Assembly (NCBI GenBank): GCA_019323015.1
Contig: JAHWHY010000003.1
Location: 29,654-93,653, forward strand
Length of the DNA: 64,000 bases
Source: Candidatus Woesearchaeota archaeon
GTDB taxonomy: Archaea > Nanobdellota > Nanobdellia > Woesearchaeales > ARS49
Reading direction: 5' to 3'
Below the pieces are notes generated by a model. The model saw only the letters and a program-made list of their open reading frames with translations, had not been told where the DNA came from and searched no databases. Position numbers and translations under genes: made by a program. Shown here one piece after another: positions 1-7,971 of this stretch (positions within the stretch are counted from its first letter, which is position 1; each line of letters begins with the position of its first letter).

Positions 1-1
1 A

Positions 2-187
2 ATTGAGCAGACAAAGAGTCTTTACAAACTAGCAAAGAGCGGCGAGCGCCCAAAAGTCTACTTCATGGCCCAATCCAATGGAAAGACAGTTCTTTTCAAG
101 GGCAATAACATCCATTACTTGATTACTTTTGGTGTTGATTCTGCAAAAGATTTGATTGATGCTTTTAAGAAGTATAAGAAAAAATAA
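2..187 (+). CDS. 3' end of an unidentified CDS entering from upstream of the window (...GVDSAKDLIDAFKKYKKK*)
   Basis: The frame is open from the window edge to TAA at 185-187. It is absent from the ORF track because no start codon lies in the window. No motif recognised. Confidence 0.3.
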   Translation: MEQTKSLYKLAKSGERPKVYFMAQSNGKTVLFKGNNIHYLITFGVDSAKDLIDAFKKYKKK

Positions 188-1555
188 TCAGAACTGCACA
201 AGCAGTCCTAGTTTGCTTCCCATTTTTCCTGCTTCTGTGTTTTGTTCGTAAGCGTCTTTTATGCTTTTTAGGACTTGTAATGGGTTCCACTCGCCGTCGC
301 CGCCGATTCTTAGCACAGTGTTTCCGCCGATTTCTTCTTCTGATTTTATTTGCGCCTGTACTTTTTTTATTGCTGCGATTATAGAGTCATATGATATTCC
401 TGAGGCGACAGGTAGGTAAACTGTTGCTCCGTCCTGTTCTGGAACTGCATATACTGGGAATTTCATTTTTCTCAGGTCAGCAAGGCTTGTCTTTAGTTCT
501 TTTGCTCTTGCAAGCTCGTCTGTTCCCTGCTCAACTGCTTTTCGGTGCTCAAGATATGTCTGTCTTGCCTGCCGGTATCTCTCTTGTTTTGAAGTGTATT
601 CTTGTACTGTTGCATTAAAGTTTCCTAAAACCGCGCCAAGATTTTCTTCCAGTATTGCTTTAATGCTTTCATCTGCGCTTGTTATTGTTTTGGTTAATTT
701 ATCTAGTTTTTCTGCAGCTTCGTCCATTTCTTCTTTTGGCATGTGCAGTCTGCTTTCTTCCCATGTGTCTGCTTCTCCTATTTCAAGGCATCTTTCCAGG
801 TCTCTGTATTCTACATTTAGCGCTCTCATCAATTTTTCTCTGGCATATCTTTCAACGCTCTCTGGCGGGTTTGATATGAAACCAACGTCTAATCCAGATT
901 CTTGTATGTCAGCTAGAAGCATCTCAAGAATTTCAACATTTTCTGCTCTTGCATGGATGAATTGTATGCATGCATCTGCAAGTGTTCCTTTTGCAAGGGT
1001 TTCTTTCAATCCTTTAAGGGACTCAATCATGCCTTCTAATTGCGTGATTTTGCTTCCCATCTCTAAACCAGAAGCTTCTGCTGCAATCGCACGCGCATGC
1101 AACCCAGCCAAATCCTCTTTTGCACGGGATAAGTCAGTAGATAAAGAACCTATTTCCACATATAACCTGCTTAATTCTTCTCTTAACCCTTCAGAAAGAT
1201 TTGCTTCTATTCTCTCTAAGTCTTCTGCGCTAAGGATTCCTTCAGGTTCAGCTTCTAATTCTTCTACGTTTATTGTTACATCGCCGTATTGCCAAGCTCT
1301 TGCTTTTTTCCTGAATTTTGTAAGAATATCTTCAGCCTCTGTTGGCGTTGCAGTAAAATAAACACCATTATCTTCTTCCTTGACTACTAAATCTAATGAA
1401 ATTTTATGTTCCCCAGGCCTTTCATTGAGTTTTCTCTGTATATTTTTACGCAGGGCAATTACTTCACCTGCGTTCATGGTATGTTTTATGCGATAACGCA
1501 CTGGTTCTTCTTGCTGTTCTGCTTCTTCATCTGGTTTTTTATCGTCTTTTGCCAT
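188..1555 (-). CDS. hypothetical coiled-coil protein (455 aa)
   Basis: Long ORF with a GGGGGAT SD-like element just upstream of the ATG and a TTTATAAA TATA-like box at 1588-1604. The antisense 255-aa ORF is a low-complexity shadow. No family recognised. Confidence 0.6.
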   Translation of the reverse strand: MAKDDKKPDEEAEQQEEPVRYRIKHTMNAGEVIALRKNIQRKLNERPGEHKISLDLVVKEEDNGVYFTATPTEAEDILTKFRKKARAWQYGDVTINVEELEAEPEGILSAEDLERIEANLSEGLREELSRLYVEIGSLSTDLSRAKEDLAGLHARAIAAEASGLEMGSKITQLEGMIESLKGLKETLAKGTLADACIQFIHARAENVEILEMLLADIQESGLDVGFISNPPESVERYAREKLMRALNVEYRDLERCLEIGEADTWEESRLHMPKEEMDEAAEKLDKLTKTITSADESIKAILEENLGAVLGNFNATVQEYTSKQERYRQARQTYLEHRKAVEQGTDELARAKELKTSLADLRKMKFPVYAVPEQDGATVYLPVASGISYDSIIAAIKKVQAQIKSEEEIGGNTVLRIGGDGEWNPLQVLKSIKDAYEQNTEAGKMGSKLGLLVQF

Positions 1556-1671
1556 GTCAAATCCCCCAAAATAATGTAATTTTGGATTATTTATAAAGTT
1601 TTAGTATATTCATCCTGACTCAATTCCTTTCGAGCAAAAGTATATAAACTATTGATTCTTTCTCTTTTTTC

Positions 1672-2316
1672 ATGGGTGGAAGAAAACTTAAGATAGGTAT
1701 TGATTGTGACGAGCCTTTGGCTGATTTTAATTCACATTTATGTCCTTGGGTGAATGCAAAGTACGGCACTAATTACAAAAGAGCTGATATTATTTCGTAT
1801 AAGCTTTGGGATATCTGGAAATGTTCAAAAGAAGAGGCATTAAAAAGAATAGAGCATTTTTATGAAGAGCAGATAGAGCATGTCCCCCCTGTTGAAGGTT
1901 CTATTGCCGTTGTTAAAGAACTTTCACTAAAGCATGAGTTATTGGTGATTACTTCTCGTTTTGGCTCAGCAATTTCCAAAACAGCCCCTTGGATAAATCA
2001 GCATTTTCCAGGTTCATTTTCAAATATAGTTTTCACCAAGAATTATGCAAAAGGAGGTAATGGAAAGACAAAAGCAGAGATCTGCAAAGAGTTAGACGTG
2101 GATATTTTGATTGAAGATTTTATACAGTATTCCTTAGATTGCAATAAGCTAGGCATTCCTGTGATACTGTTTAATACGCCTTGGAATCAGGATTCTGAAC
2201 TTCCAGAAGGGATAACTAAACTTCCGCCAGGAATAGTGCGGGTAAATAACTGGGAAGAGGTTATGGAAAAAATAGAAATATTCAGTAAAAATAAAGAATC
2301 TTTCTACAAATTATAA
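1672..2316 (+). CDS. HAD-superfamily 5'(3')-deoxyribonucleotidase-like protein (NT5C-like)
   Basis: N-terminal IGIDCDEPLADF (DxD nucleophile motif in the context typical of NT5C-type nucleotidases). TATA box AAAAGTATATAAAC about 30 nt upstream. Confidence 0.6.
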   Translation: MGGRKLKIGIDCDEPLADFNSHLCPWVNAKYGTNYKRADIISYKLWDIWKCSKEEALKRIEHFYEEQIEHVPPVEGSIAVVKELSLKHELLVITSRFGSAISKTAPWINQHFPGSFSNIVFTKNYAKGGNGKTKAEICKELDVDILIEDFIQYSLDCNKLGIPVILFNTPWNQDSELPEGITKLPPGIVRVNNWEEVMEKIEIFSKNKESFYKL

Positions 2317-2327
2317 AAAAAGAAAAA

Positions 2328-2378
2328 TTATTTTTTCTTTTTCTTTGTTTTTTTCTTCTTTTTAGATTTGCATGCCAT
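2328..2378 (-). CDS. candidate micro-ORF, 16 aa, MACKSKKKKKTKKKKK
   Basis: ATG at 2378 is preceded by a perfect GGAGGTG (2385-2391) with a 6-nt spacer, and by AATATATA on the minus strand about 35-40 nt upstream. It lies in the T-rich tail downstream of the 1672-2316 gene, so it may be fortuitous. Confidence 0.25.
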   Translation of the reverse strand: MACKSKKKKKTKKKKK

Positions 2379-2483
2379 GTAAAACACCTCCTTTTGTATT
2401 ATTCAGTTTAACTGGTATATATTCCTTTTTGTTTTGGAAAGATTTATATATGCCAAAATGACCGCATACTCAGGTGATAATAA

Positions 2484-2768
2484 ATGATGTCAAAACTACC
2501 TATAGACCTTAGCAAGGTTGACAAGAACAGTATTGATAAGGAGATTTTAAGGGCTGCAATTATTGCTGAATTAGATGCAGTTAATTTGTATGAACAGATG
2601 GCTCAGCTAACTGATAATAAAGACCTTAAATTAATACTCTTGGATGTTGCCAAGGAAGAAAAGACTCATGTCGGTGAATTCCAGGCCCTTTTATTAGGTC
2701 TTGACAAGGAGCAGGAAAAAGAGCTTGAAGAAGGCAAAAAAGAGGTTGAAGAAGAGCTAAGCAAATAA
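2484..2768 (+). CDS. small ferritin-like / rubrerythrin-fold protein resembling encapsulated-ferritin (EncFtn) type
   Basis: AELDAVNLYEQM ... AKEEKTHVGEF matches the ExxA..Y.Q and EEKxH di-iron ligand pattern of short ferritin-like proteins. SD CAGGTGAT upstream. Stop codon is 1 nt before the sod start. Confidence 0.6.
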   Translation: MMSKLPIDLSKVDKNSIDKEILRAAIIAELDAVNLYEQMAQLTDNKDLKLILLDVAKEEKTHVGEFQALLLGLDKEQEKELEEGKKEVEEELSK

Positions 2769-2769
2769 T

Positions 2770-3375
2770 ATGGCAAAAACATATGAGCTTCCAAAGCTTC
2801 CTTATGCATACAATGCTCTAGAGCCGCATATCTCTGAGCAGGTCTTGAAGATTCATCATGACAAGCATCATGCTGGCTATGTTAAGGGCGCAAATAATAT
2901 TCTTGAACAGTTAGAAACTTCTAGAAAAGAAAATAAGGATATTGATCAAAAAGCAATGCTTAAGGCATTATCTTTCAATATTGGAGGACATCTTCTTCAT
3001 TCTTTGTTCTGGCCTAATCTGGCTCCTGAAGGAAAAGGAGGAGCTCCAAGCAAGGAACTGCAAAAAGCTTTAGAATCTGAGTTTGGCAGTTTCGATCGCT
3101 TTAAAGAAGAATTCACAAAAGCAGCTGCAAGTGTTGAGGGTTCTGGCTGGGCTGCATTGACTTTCTGCAAGAAAACAAACAGACCAATTATCATGCAGAT
3201 TGAAAAACATAATGTTAATATTTACCCTATGTTCACTATATTATTAGTTGTTGATGTATGGGAACATGCTTATTATTTGGATTACAAGAATGAAAGAGGA
3301 AAATTTCTTGATGCGTTCTGGAATATATTAAACTGGAATGAAGTTAATGATAGGTTTAAGACCACTTGTGGTTAA
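2770..3375 (+). CDS. sod: Fe/Mn superoxide dismutase
   Basis: YELPKLPYAYNALEPHIS, HHDKHHAGYV and DVWEHAYYLDYKN are the canonical Fe/Mn-SOD ligand motifs. Confidence 0.95.
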   Translation: MAKTYELPKLPYAYNALEPHISEQVLKIHHDKHHAGYVKGANNILEQLETSRKENKDIDQKAMLKALSFNIGGHLLHSLFWPNLAPEGKGGAPSKELQKALESEFGSFDRFKEEFTKAAASVEGSGWAALTFCKKTNRPIIMQIEKHNVNIYPMFTILLVVDVWEHAYYLDYKNERGKFLDAFWNILNWNEVNDRFKTTCG

Positions 3376-3386
3376 AAAGAGGCAGC

Positions 3387-3409
3387 GCCAAAAACAATTT
3401 GTTTTTGGC
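3387..3409 (+). terminator. stem-loop downstream of sod
   Basis: GCCAAAAAC-AATTT-GTTTTTGGC forms a perfect 9-bp stem 12 nt after the sod stop. Confidence 0.4.
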
Positions 3410-3444
3410 TGGTCTCAAAATTTAAAAAATTTTGAGGTGAAAAA

Positions 3445-3642
3445 ATGAAAAAATTGGTTTACCCGATTATGTTAGTGTTGCTCAGCTCTTTTGCTTGGGC
3501 ACAGACAACTGGTTTGATGCACTACAAAAGCGGAAGTTCTGGAGGATCTGGCATTCTTATGCTGCTGTACTTTACAGTTGGCTGCTTGATTTTCTCAGTA
3601 GTTTTCTGGTTGACTCATAATTGGTTAGTTAAAAAGAGGTGA
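3445..3642 (+). CDS. small membrane protein (signal/TM + C-terminal TM)
   Basis: SD GAGGTGA 7 nt upstream; two hydrophobic segments. Confidence 0.5.
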   Translation: MKKLVYPIMLVLLSSFAWAQTTGLMHYKSGSSGGSGILMLLYFTVGCLIFSVVFWLTHNWLVKKR

Positions 3643-3646
3643 AAAC

Positions 3647-3913
3647 ATGATGAATGCAAACAAGATAGGCTTGACTTTAGGAAGTCTTTTGGCCTTAGTA
3701 CATCTTGTCTGGGCAATTCTTGTCAGGCTTGGTTTTGGTGACAATATCTTGGGCGGACTAATGAGGCTGCACTTCATAAGCAGTCCAGTCGCAATAGCTC
3801 CATTCAAGATTGGAACTGCTATCTTTCTGATAATTGTGACATTTGTCGCAGGATATGTTCTAGGATGGCTGTTTGCGCATTTCTATAATTACTACGACAA
3901 GAAGTGCAAATAA
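3647..3913 (+). CDS. small integral membrane protein (3 TM)
   Basis: SD GAGGTGA upstream; hydrophobic helices; 4-nt gap from the previous ORF. Confidence 0.55.
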   Translation: MMNANKIGLTLGSLLALVHLVWAILVRLGFGDNILGGLMRLHFISSPVAIAPFKIGTAIFLIIVTFVAGYVLGWLFAHFYNYYDKKCK

Positions 3914-3950
3914 AGCAAATTTTAAATAGGCCCCGCTGTTTATAGGGGCC

Positions 3951-4553
3951 ATGAAATTATTTGAATCAATTAAAGAGCTTAGAAATTCTCCAGTTAAATT
4001 AACTGTTAACAAAAGATTAAAAGAATTTGAAGCCTTAGGTAAAAAGAACACAAAACAATGGTTCTCTGAATTATGTTTTTGCATATTAACTGCAAACTCA
4101 AAAGCAATCACTGCTTTAAAGATCCAGAAAGAATTAGGTGCTAAAGGCTTCTGCAGTTATTGTTTCAAGGATATTAGAAATGCTATAAAAAGAAATAAGC
4201 ATCGCTTCCACAACAACAAGGCGAAATACATAACAGAAGCAAGATGTCATGTTGATATCAAGCAAAAACTAAAGAATATGAAAGACACAGAAGCTAGAGC
4301 GTGGTTAGTCAAGAACATCAAAGGTTTAGGATACAAGGAATCTTCTCATTTCCTAAGAAATGTAGGCTTCAAAAACTTGGCAATTCTGGACAGGCACATC
4401 CTTAACTTAATGAATGAAAAAAAGACTTTGAACAAGAAAAGTTATCTTGATATTGAGAAAAAGTTCCTTAAATTAGCAAAAAAATCAGATATGTCTCCAG
4501 CTGAATTAGATTTGTATATGTGGTATATGAAGACTGGAAAAGTCTTGAAATGA
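3951..4553 (+). CDS. ogg: archaeal-type (Ogg2) 8-oxoguanine DNA glycosylase / AP lyase
   Basis: HhH-GPD features: FCILTANSKA, GLGYKESSHFLRNVG, LDRHI. The roughly 200-aa size is typical of the Ogg2 family. Confidence 0.85.
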   Translation: MKLFESIKELRNSPVKLTVNKRLKEFEALGKKNTKQWFSELCFCILTANSKAITALKIQKELGAKGFCSYCFKDIRNAIKRNKHRFHNNKAKYITEARCHVDIKQKLKNMKDTEARAWLVKNIKGLGYKESSHFLRNVGFKNLAILDRHILNLMNEKKTLNKKSYLDIEKKFLKLAKKSDMSPAELDLYMWYMKTGKVLK

Positions 4554-4555
4554 TT

Positions 4556-5293
4556 TCATTCAAAGAAATTTTCTAGTTTTTCTTTTAGTTCAGGAGCCAT
4601 TTTTTTCTGTACTTTAGGAGCCTGAGCCTTATACAAGGATAAGTCTTCAAAACTGCCGTATAATCTTCTCACCCTGTCTGTCAGCCTTTTTTTGAGAAAT
4701 GCTATTCCTGATGAAATAAAACCTCTTCTCTCGCTCAGGATTTTTGGCTCTGTTAAAAGATTGTTTGCAGGAATTCCCAAGTATAACTCACCGTCTTCTT
4801 CAAAAAAAGGATATAATTCCAGTATTCTTCCGCCAGGCACGTCTTTATGCGGCTTTTCAACCAGTAGTTCCAGTCCTGTTAAGCTGTACATTGGCTCTAC
4901 TGGAGATCCTGCTGAACCTGGTTTTTGCCCATCTTTTGTGAATCTGCGCTGGTCTTCATAAGTGTTTACAACAGCATTAAATCCATCAACATCCCAGATA
5001 TGCAGGCTAATCTCAAAATCTTCATGCCATATAATGCTGTAATTGCTCACCTGCTTGTTCACAGCATAACTTACTGCCAGCGGGTCATATCGTTGTCCAA
5101 TTGCATCATAGAATTTTCCAAAGTCAACGCGCCTGAAATCAAGGACAACAACCATGTCTAAGTCTGACTTTTTAGTAACCTTACTGGGGCTGTGCGCAAC
5201 AGAACCTACTACTAGAACTCCTTCTGCAAGCTTTTTGATCTGCTTATTTATTCTGCCTGCAGCAGTCTCTCGTTTCTGTGCTTCTCCCACCAT
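4556..5293 (-). CDS. nucleotidyltransferase-fold (Pol-beta superfamily) protein
   Basis: VVGSVAHSPSKVTKKSDLDMVVVLD matches the GS...DxD minimal NTase motif. Confidence 0.6.
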   Translation of the reverse strand: MVGEAQKRETAAGRINKQIKKLAEGVLVVGSVAHSPSKVTKKSDLDMVVVLDFRRVDFGKFYDAIGQRYDPLAVSYAVNKQVSNYSIIWHEDFEISLHIWDVDGFNAVVNTYEDQRRFTKDGQKPGSAGSPVEPMYSLTGLELLVEKPHKDVPGGRILELYPFFEEDGELYLGIPANNLLTEPKILSERRGFISSGIAFLKKRLTDRVRRLYGSFEDLSLYKAQAPKVQKKMAPELKEKLENFFE

Positions 5294-5316
5294 ATTGAAT
5301 CGTATTTGAGAATCCT

Positions 5317-5625
5317 TTATATTATTTTTGCTTGCTTTTCCTCTTTATTCTCTTCTTTTAATTTCTTCACAGTCTTCTTAAAAGCCTCTATCTGTTTCTC
5401 TGTCAGGTTCCCATACCGCAGATAACTCACTTTAATATTCCGCAAAAAGCCGTTGTTCTTGTAGAATTCTTCTGGAATGTCAAACAGTTTCTTTATCTTT
5501 GGGTCTTTTATCTCTCCCTGCATCTCTGGTTTCTGGCATTCATAGCATATTGCGTATCTCTGCCTGTGAGAGATTGTTACATAGTTCTGCTTGCATTTAT
5601 TGCATTTCTGCTTGAATTTTACCAT
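5317..5625 (-). CDS. zinc-ribbon protein, hypothetical
   Basis: CNKC...CYEC four-Cys motif at the N-terminus and a basic C-terminus. Confidence 0.5.
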   Translation of the reverse strand: MVKFKQKCNKCKQNYVTISHRQRYAICYECQKPEMQGEIKDPKIKKLFDIPEEFYKNNGFLRNIKVSYLRYGNLTEKQIEAFKKTVKKLKEENKEEKQAKII

Positions 5626-6051
5626 TTAACATTCAATTATCTTGATTTTAAACTTCAATTTCTTTCCAGCCAAAGGATGGTTCATGTCTAGTTTTACTTC
5701 TTTGTCATCTACTTCAATTATTTTTGCTGGAAATTGTGCTCCGCTTGGCAGTGCAACTCCAAGAATCTGTCCTGGTTTTAATTCTTGATCTATTCCAATC
5801 TTGTCTCTTGGAACTGTCTTGATTAACTGCGGATTAGGATCTCCATATGCCTCTTTTGGTTCTAGGGTGACTTCTTTTTCTTCTCCTTTTTTCATGCCGA
5901 TTACTGCCTCATCAAAGCCTTTGATTAGCTGTCCAGAGCCTACCTCAAACTCTAATGGCTGGCCGTGTTTCTCAGAACTGTCAAAAACTTCGCCGCTTTC
6001 TAGTTTTCCTTCATATTCAACCTTTATTTTGTCTCCTTTCTTAATAGCCAT
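5626..6051 (-). CDS. FKBP-type peptidyl-prolyl cis-trans isomerase (SlyD-like short FKBP)
   Basis: VEYEGKLESGEVFDSS, EFEVGSGQLIKGFDEAVIGMKKGE, HPLAGKKLKFKIKI. The ATG at 6051 is preferred over the track TTG at 6060 because AGGAG lies 9 nt upstream of it. Confidence 0.9.
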   Translation of the reverse strand: MAIKKGDKIKVEYEGKLESGEVFDSSEKHGQPLEFEVGSGQLIKGFDEAVIGMKKGEEKEVTLEPKEAYGDPNPQLIKTVPRDKIGIDQELKPGQILGVALPSGAQFPAKIIEVDDKEVKLDMNHPLAGKKLKFKIKIIEC

Positions 6052-6162
6052 ATATATCAACTCCTGGGTACTGCCAGAAATCCTGTATTTAAGTAATTTG
6101 TGCTTTTCTGCAAAAAATTTATATACTCTTAATATAAAATATGCAGTAAACGAGGTGATATT

Positions 6163-6489
6163 GTGAAAAGAATACTAATCGCATTAGCTGTTTTGTTTCT
6201 AGCAGCTGCTTGTACAACTACCCAATACAGTAATTCTGGACAGGCAGTGTATCAAGAAACACCAAGTGCCCAGCCTATTGTGTTTGTATCTACTAATGCT
6301 TGCCATAAGATGTGCATGCAGAAAGGATATGAGCAGGGAACCTGCAAGCCAGTTGACACATTTAATCAGGCAGAGCAGGAAATAGGAAACTGTGTAATAG
6401 ACTACTCAGTAACCTGTAAGAGCCCATCAGACTGCAAATGCTACTGTTGGAGAACACCAGGACACTCTGATCCTAGATTACCTTATTAA
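6163..6489 (+). CDS. Cys-rich secreted lipoprotein-like protein
   Basis: GTG start after GAGGTGAT. Signal peptide with a LAAAC lipobox-like site; 8+ Cys in the mature part. Confidence 0.5.
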   Translation: MKRILIALAVLFLAAACTTTQYSNSGQAVYQETPSAQPIVFVSTNACHKMCMQKGYEQGTCKPVDTFNQAEQEIGNCVIDYSVTCKSPSDCKCYCWRTPGHSDPRLPY

Positions 6490-6490
6490 T

Positions 6491-6754
6491 TTATTTCTTT
6501 TTTATTCCTATTTTATATAAGGCAAATATGACTATTAGGTATCCAACTAGCCTGACTATTACCATTATACTCTCTAGTTCTGCGCCATATCCTAGAATGC
6601 CTATTAAATGTGAGATTCCGAACAATCCAAATGCTATGCCCACAAAAAGAGACATCTTGTTTTTTTGCACTTTATAGCCCCAATAGCCCAGGGCAAGTAT
6701 TGCTACGCACAATACCAGATTTAGTGATTGTACTGTGTCTATTGCAAATGCCAT
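6491..6754 (-). CDS. small membrane protein (3 TM)
   Basis: Hydrophobic ORF; SD-like TGAGGTGAT upstream on the minus strand. Confidence 0.5.
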   Translation of the reverse strand: MAFAIDTVQSLNLVLCVAILALGYWGYKVQKNKMSLFVGIAFGLFGISHLIGILGYGAELESIMVIVRLVGYLIVIFALYKIGIKKK

Positions 6755-6920
6755 TTCAATATCACCTCAATTTTTCTTTTGTGATGCAAGGCAATATTTA
6801 TAATTTTCTTTACTCAGGCGTTAAAACCAGCAGAACTCCTTGAATTTCTGGTTTTCAGGCAAAATCTGCGAAAAGTTTATATAAGATAACAGCAAAAATT
6901 ACCTTAAATGAGGTGATATT

Positions 6921-7118
6921 ATGGCAAAAATGGGAACATTAGACTGGATCGCCATGATTCTAGTTATTATTGGCGCTGTAAACTGGGGCCTGTTTGGTAT
7001 TGGAGGATGGGACCTTGTTAACATGATCCTTGGATCTATCCCAATACTGGCTAAGATTGTTTACATCTTGGTTGGATTATCTGGTCTATACCTAATATAC
7101 TACATAACAAAGAAATAA
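6921..7118 (+). CDS. DUF378-family small membrane protein
   Basis: LDWIAMILVIIGAVNWGLFGI...DLV is the hallmark DUF378 motif. SD GAGGTGAT, with BRE/TATA GCGAAAAGTTTATATAAG upstream. Confidence 0.8.
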   Translation: MAKMGTLDWIAMILVIIGAVNWGLFGIGGWDLVNMILGSIPILAKIVYILVGLSGLYLIYYITKK

Positions 7119-7142
7119 AATTATTATTTTTTTATTTTTTAC

Positions 7143-7649
7143 TTATTCTACAAATACTTTAATGTGCTGCTTCATTCCGCTTACAAAAAGTTCTGGATTT
7201 GCCTTTAATTGTTCTTTTAGTTCTTCTTTTGCCCACCACTTGATTTCAGAGACTTCATCTTGCTCTATCTTGAATTCGCTGAGACCCTTGTCAGTTTTCA
7301 GTATAAACCATTGGCAGAAATAGTTATACTTGCTTTTTACTCTTGTTTTAGGGCCTTTTTGAAATTCAATATCTTTTAGCCCAAGCTCTTCTTCTGCTTC
7401 TTTGGTGATATTCTGCTCATAGCTCTCTCCCTTATCTACTGTTCCTGCCACAGCAGGACCCCATTTATTTGGATCTTGTGTTTTTATTGCAGCTCTTTTT
7501 GCTAGCAATATCTCTCCTTTTGAGTTTTCAATCCATAATGCAGAAATTCTATAGATATCTTTTTGATAATCCAGTGTATTTCGCTCTTTATGAGCGATAA
7601 TATTATCATTCTCATCCACAATAGGCAGTTTTACCATTTCTTTAGCCAC
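7143..7649 (-). CDS. NUDIX hydrolase
   Basis: Nudix box GTVDKGESYEQNITKEAEEELGL. The start may be GTG 7649 or ATG 7637 (ATGgTAA overlap with the upstream ORF). Confidence 0.8.
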   Translation of the reverse strand: MAKEMVKLPIVDENDNIIAHKERNTLDYQKDIYRISALWIENSKGEILLAKRAAIKTQDPNKWGPAVAGTVDKGESYEQNITKEAEEELGLKDIEFQKGPKTRVKSKYNYFCQWFILKTDKGLSEFKIEQDEVSEIKWWAKEELKEQLKANPELFVSGMKQHIKVFVE

Positions 7650-7894
7650 ATTTTTTTACAAATAGATAATGTCAATGTTGATAATACAAATGCAACTGCT
7701 GGAACTATCGCGTTTATCCATGGTTTTGGTAATTGAGCAAAGTAGAAGAATATAACTATCACAAAATAAGTGAGAACTGCAATCAGCGTCTTTCTTGTCC
7801 AGCAGGTCTCCCAGGCCTTGTCTGCCTCTACTCTTTTGTTTCTTGTTTTTATCTTTTTTATTTCTTTTTCCAGCTCTTTTATTTCCATATCCAT
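7631..7894 (-). CDS. small membrane protein (charged N-terminal helix + 2 TM)
   Basis: ORF structure and hydrophobicity only. Confidence 0.5.
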   Translation of the reverse strand: MDMEIKELEKEIKKIKTRNKRVEADKAWETCWTRKTLIAVLTYFVIVIFFYFAQLPKPWINAIVPAVAFVLSTLTLSICKKMWLKKW

Positions 7895-7971
7895 AAAGAT
7901 ATTGTTTTTGCTATAAATTTCTTTCTATTCAACAAATCTTATATACTAGATACGCCTTATTCAACTAAAAG

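Noticed and set aside
594-1361. 255-aa plus-strand ORF (and the smaller ones at 391-618 and 679-879) opposite the 455-aa coiled-coil gene
   Set aside because: The S/L/F/A-rich low-complexity translation is typical of the antisense frame of a Glu/Lys/Leu-rich coiled-coil gene. There is no SD or promoter.
2484-2768. Encapsulin nanocompartment cargo
   Set aside because: No encapsulin shell gene is in the window, and the protein lacks the C-terminal targeting peptide. It is reported only as a stand-alone EncFtn-like ferritin.
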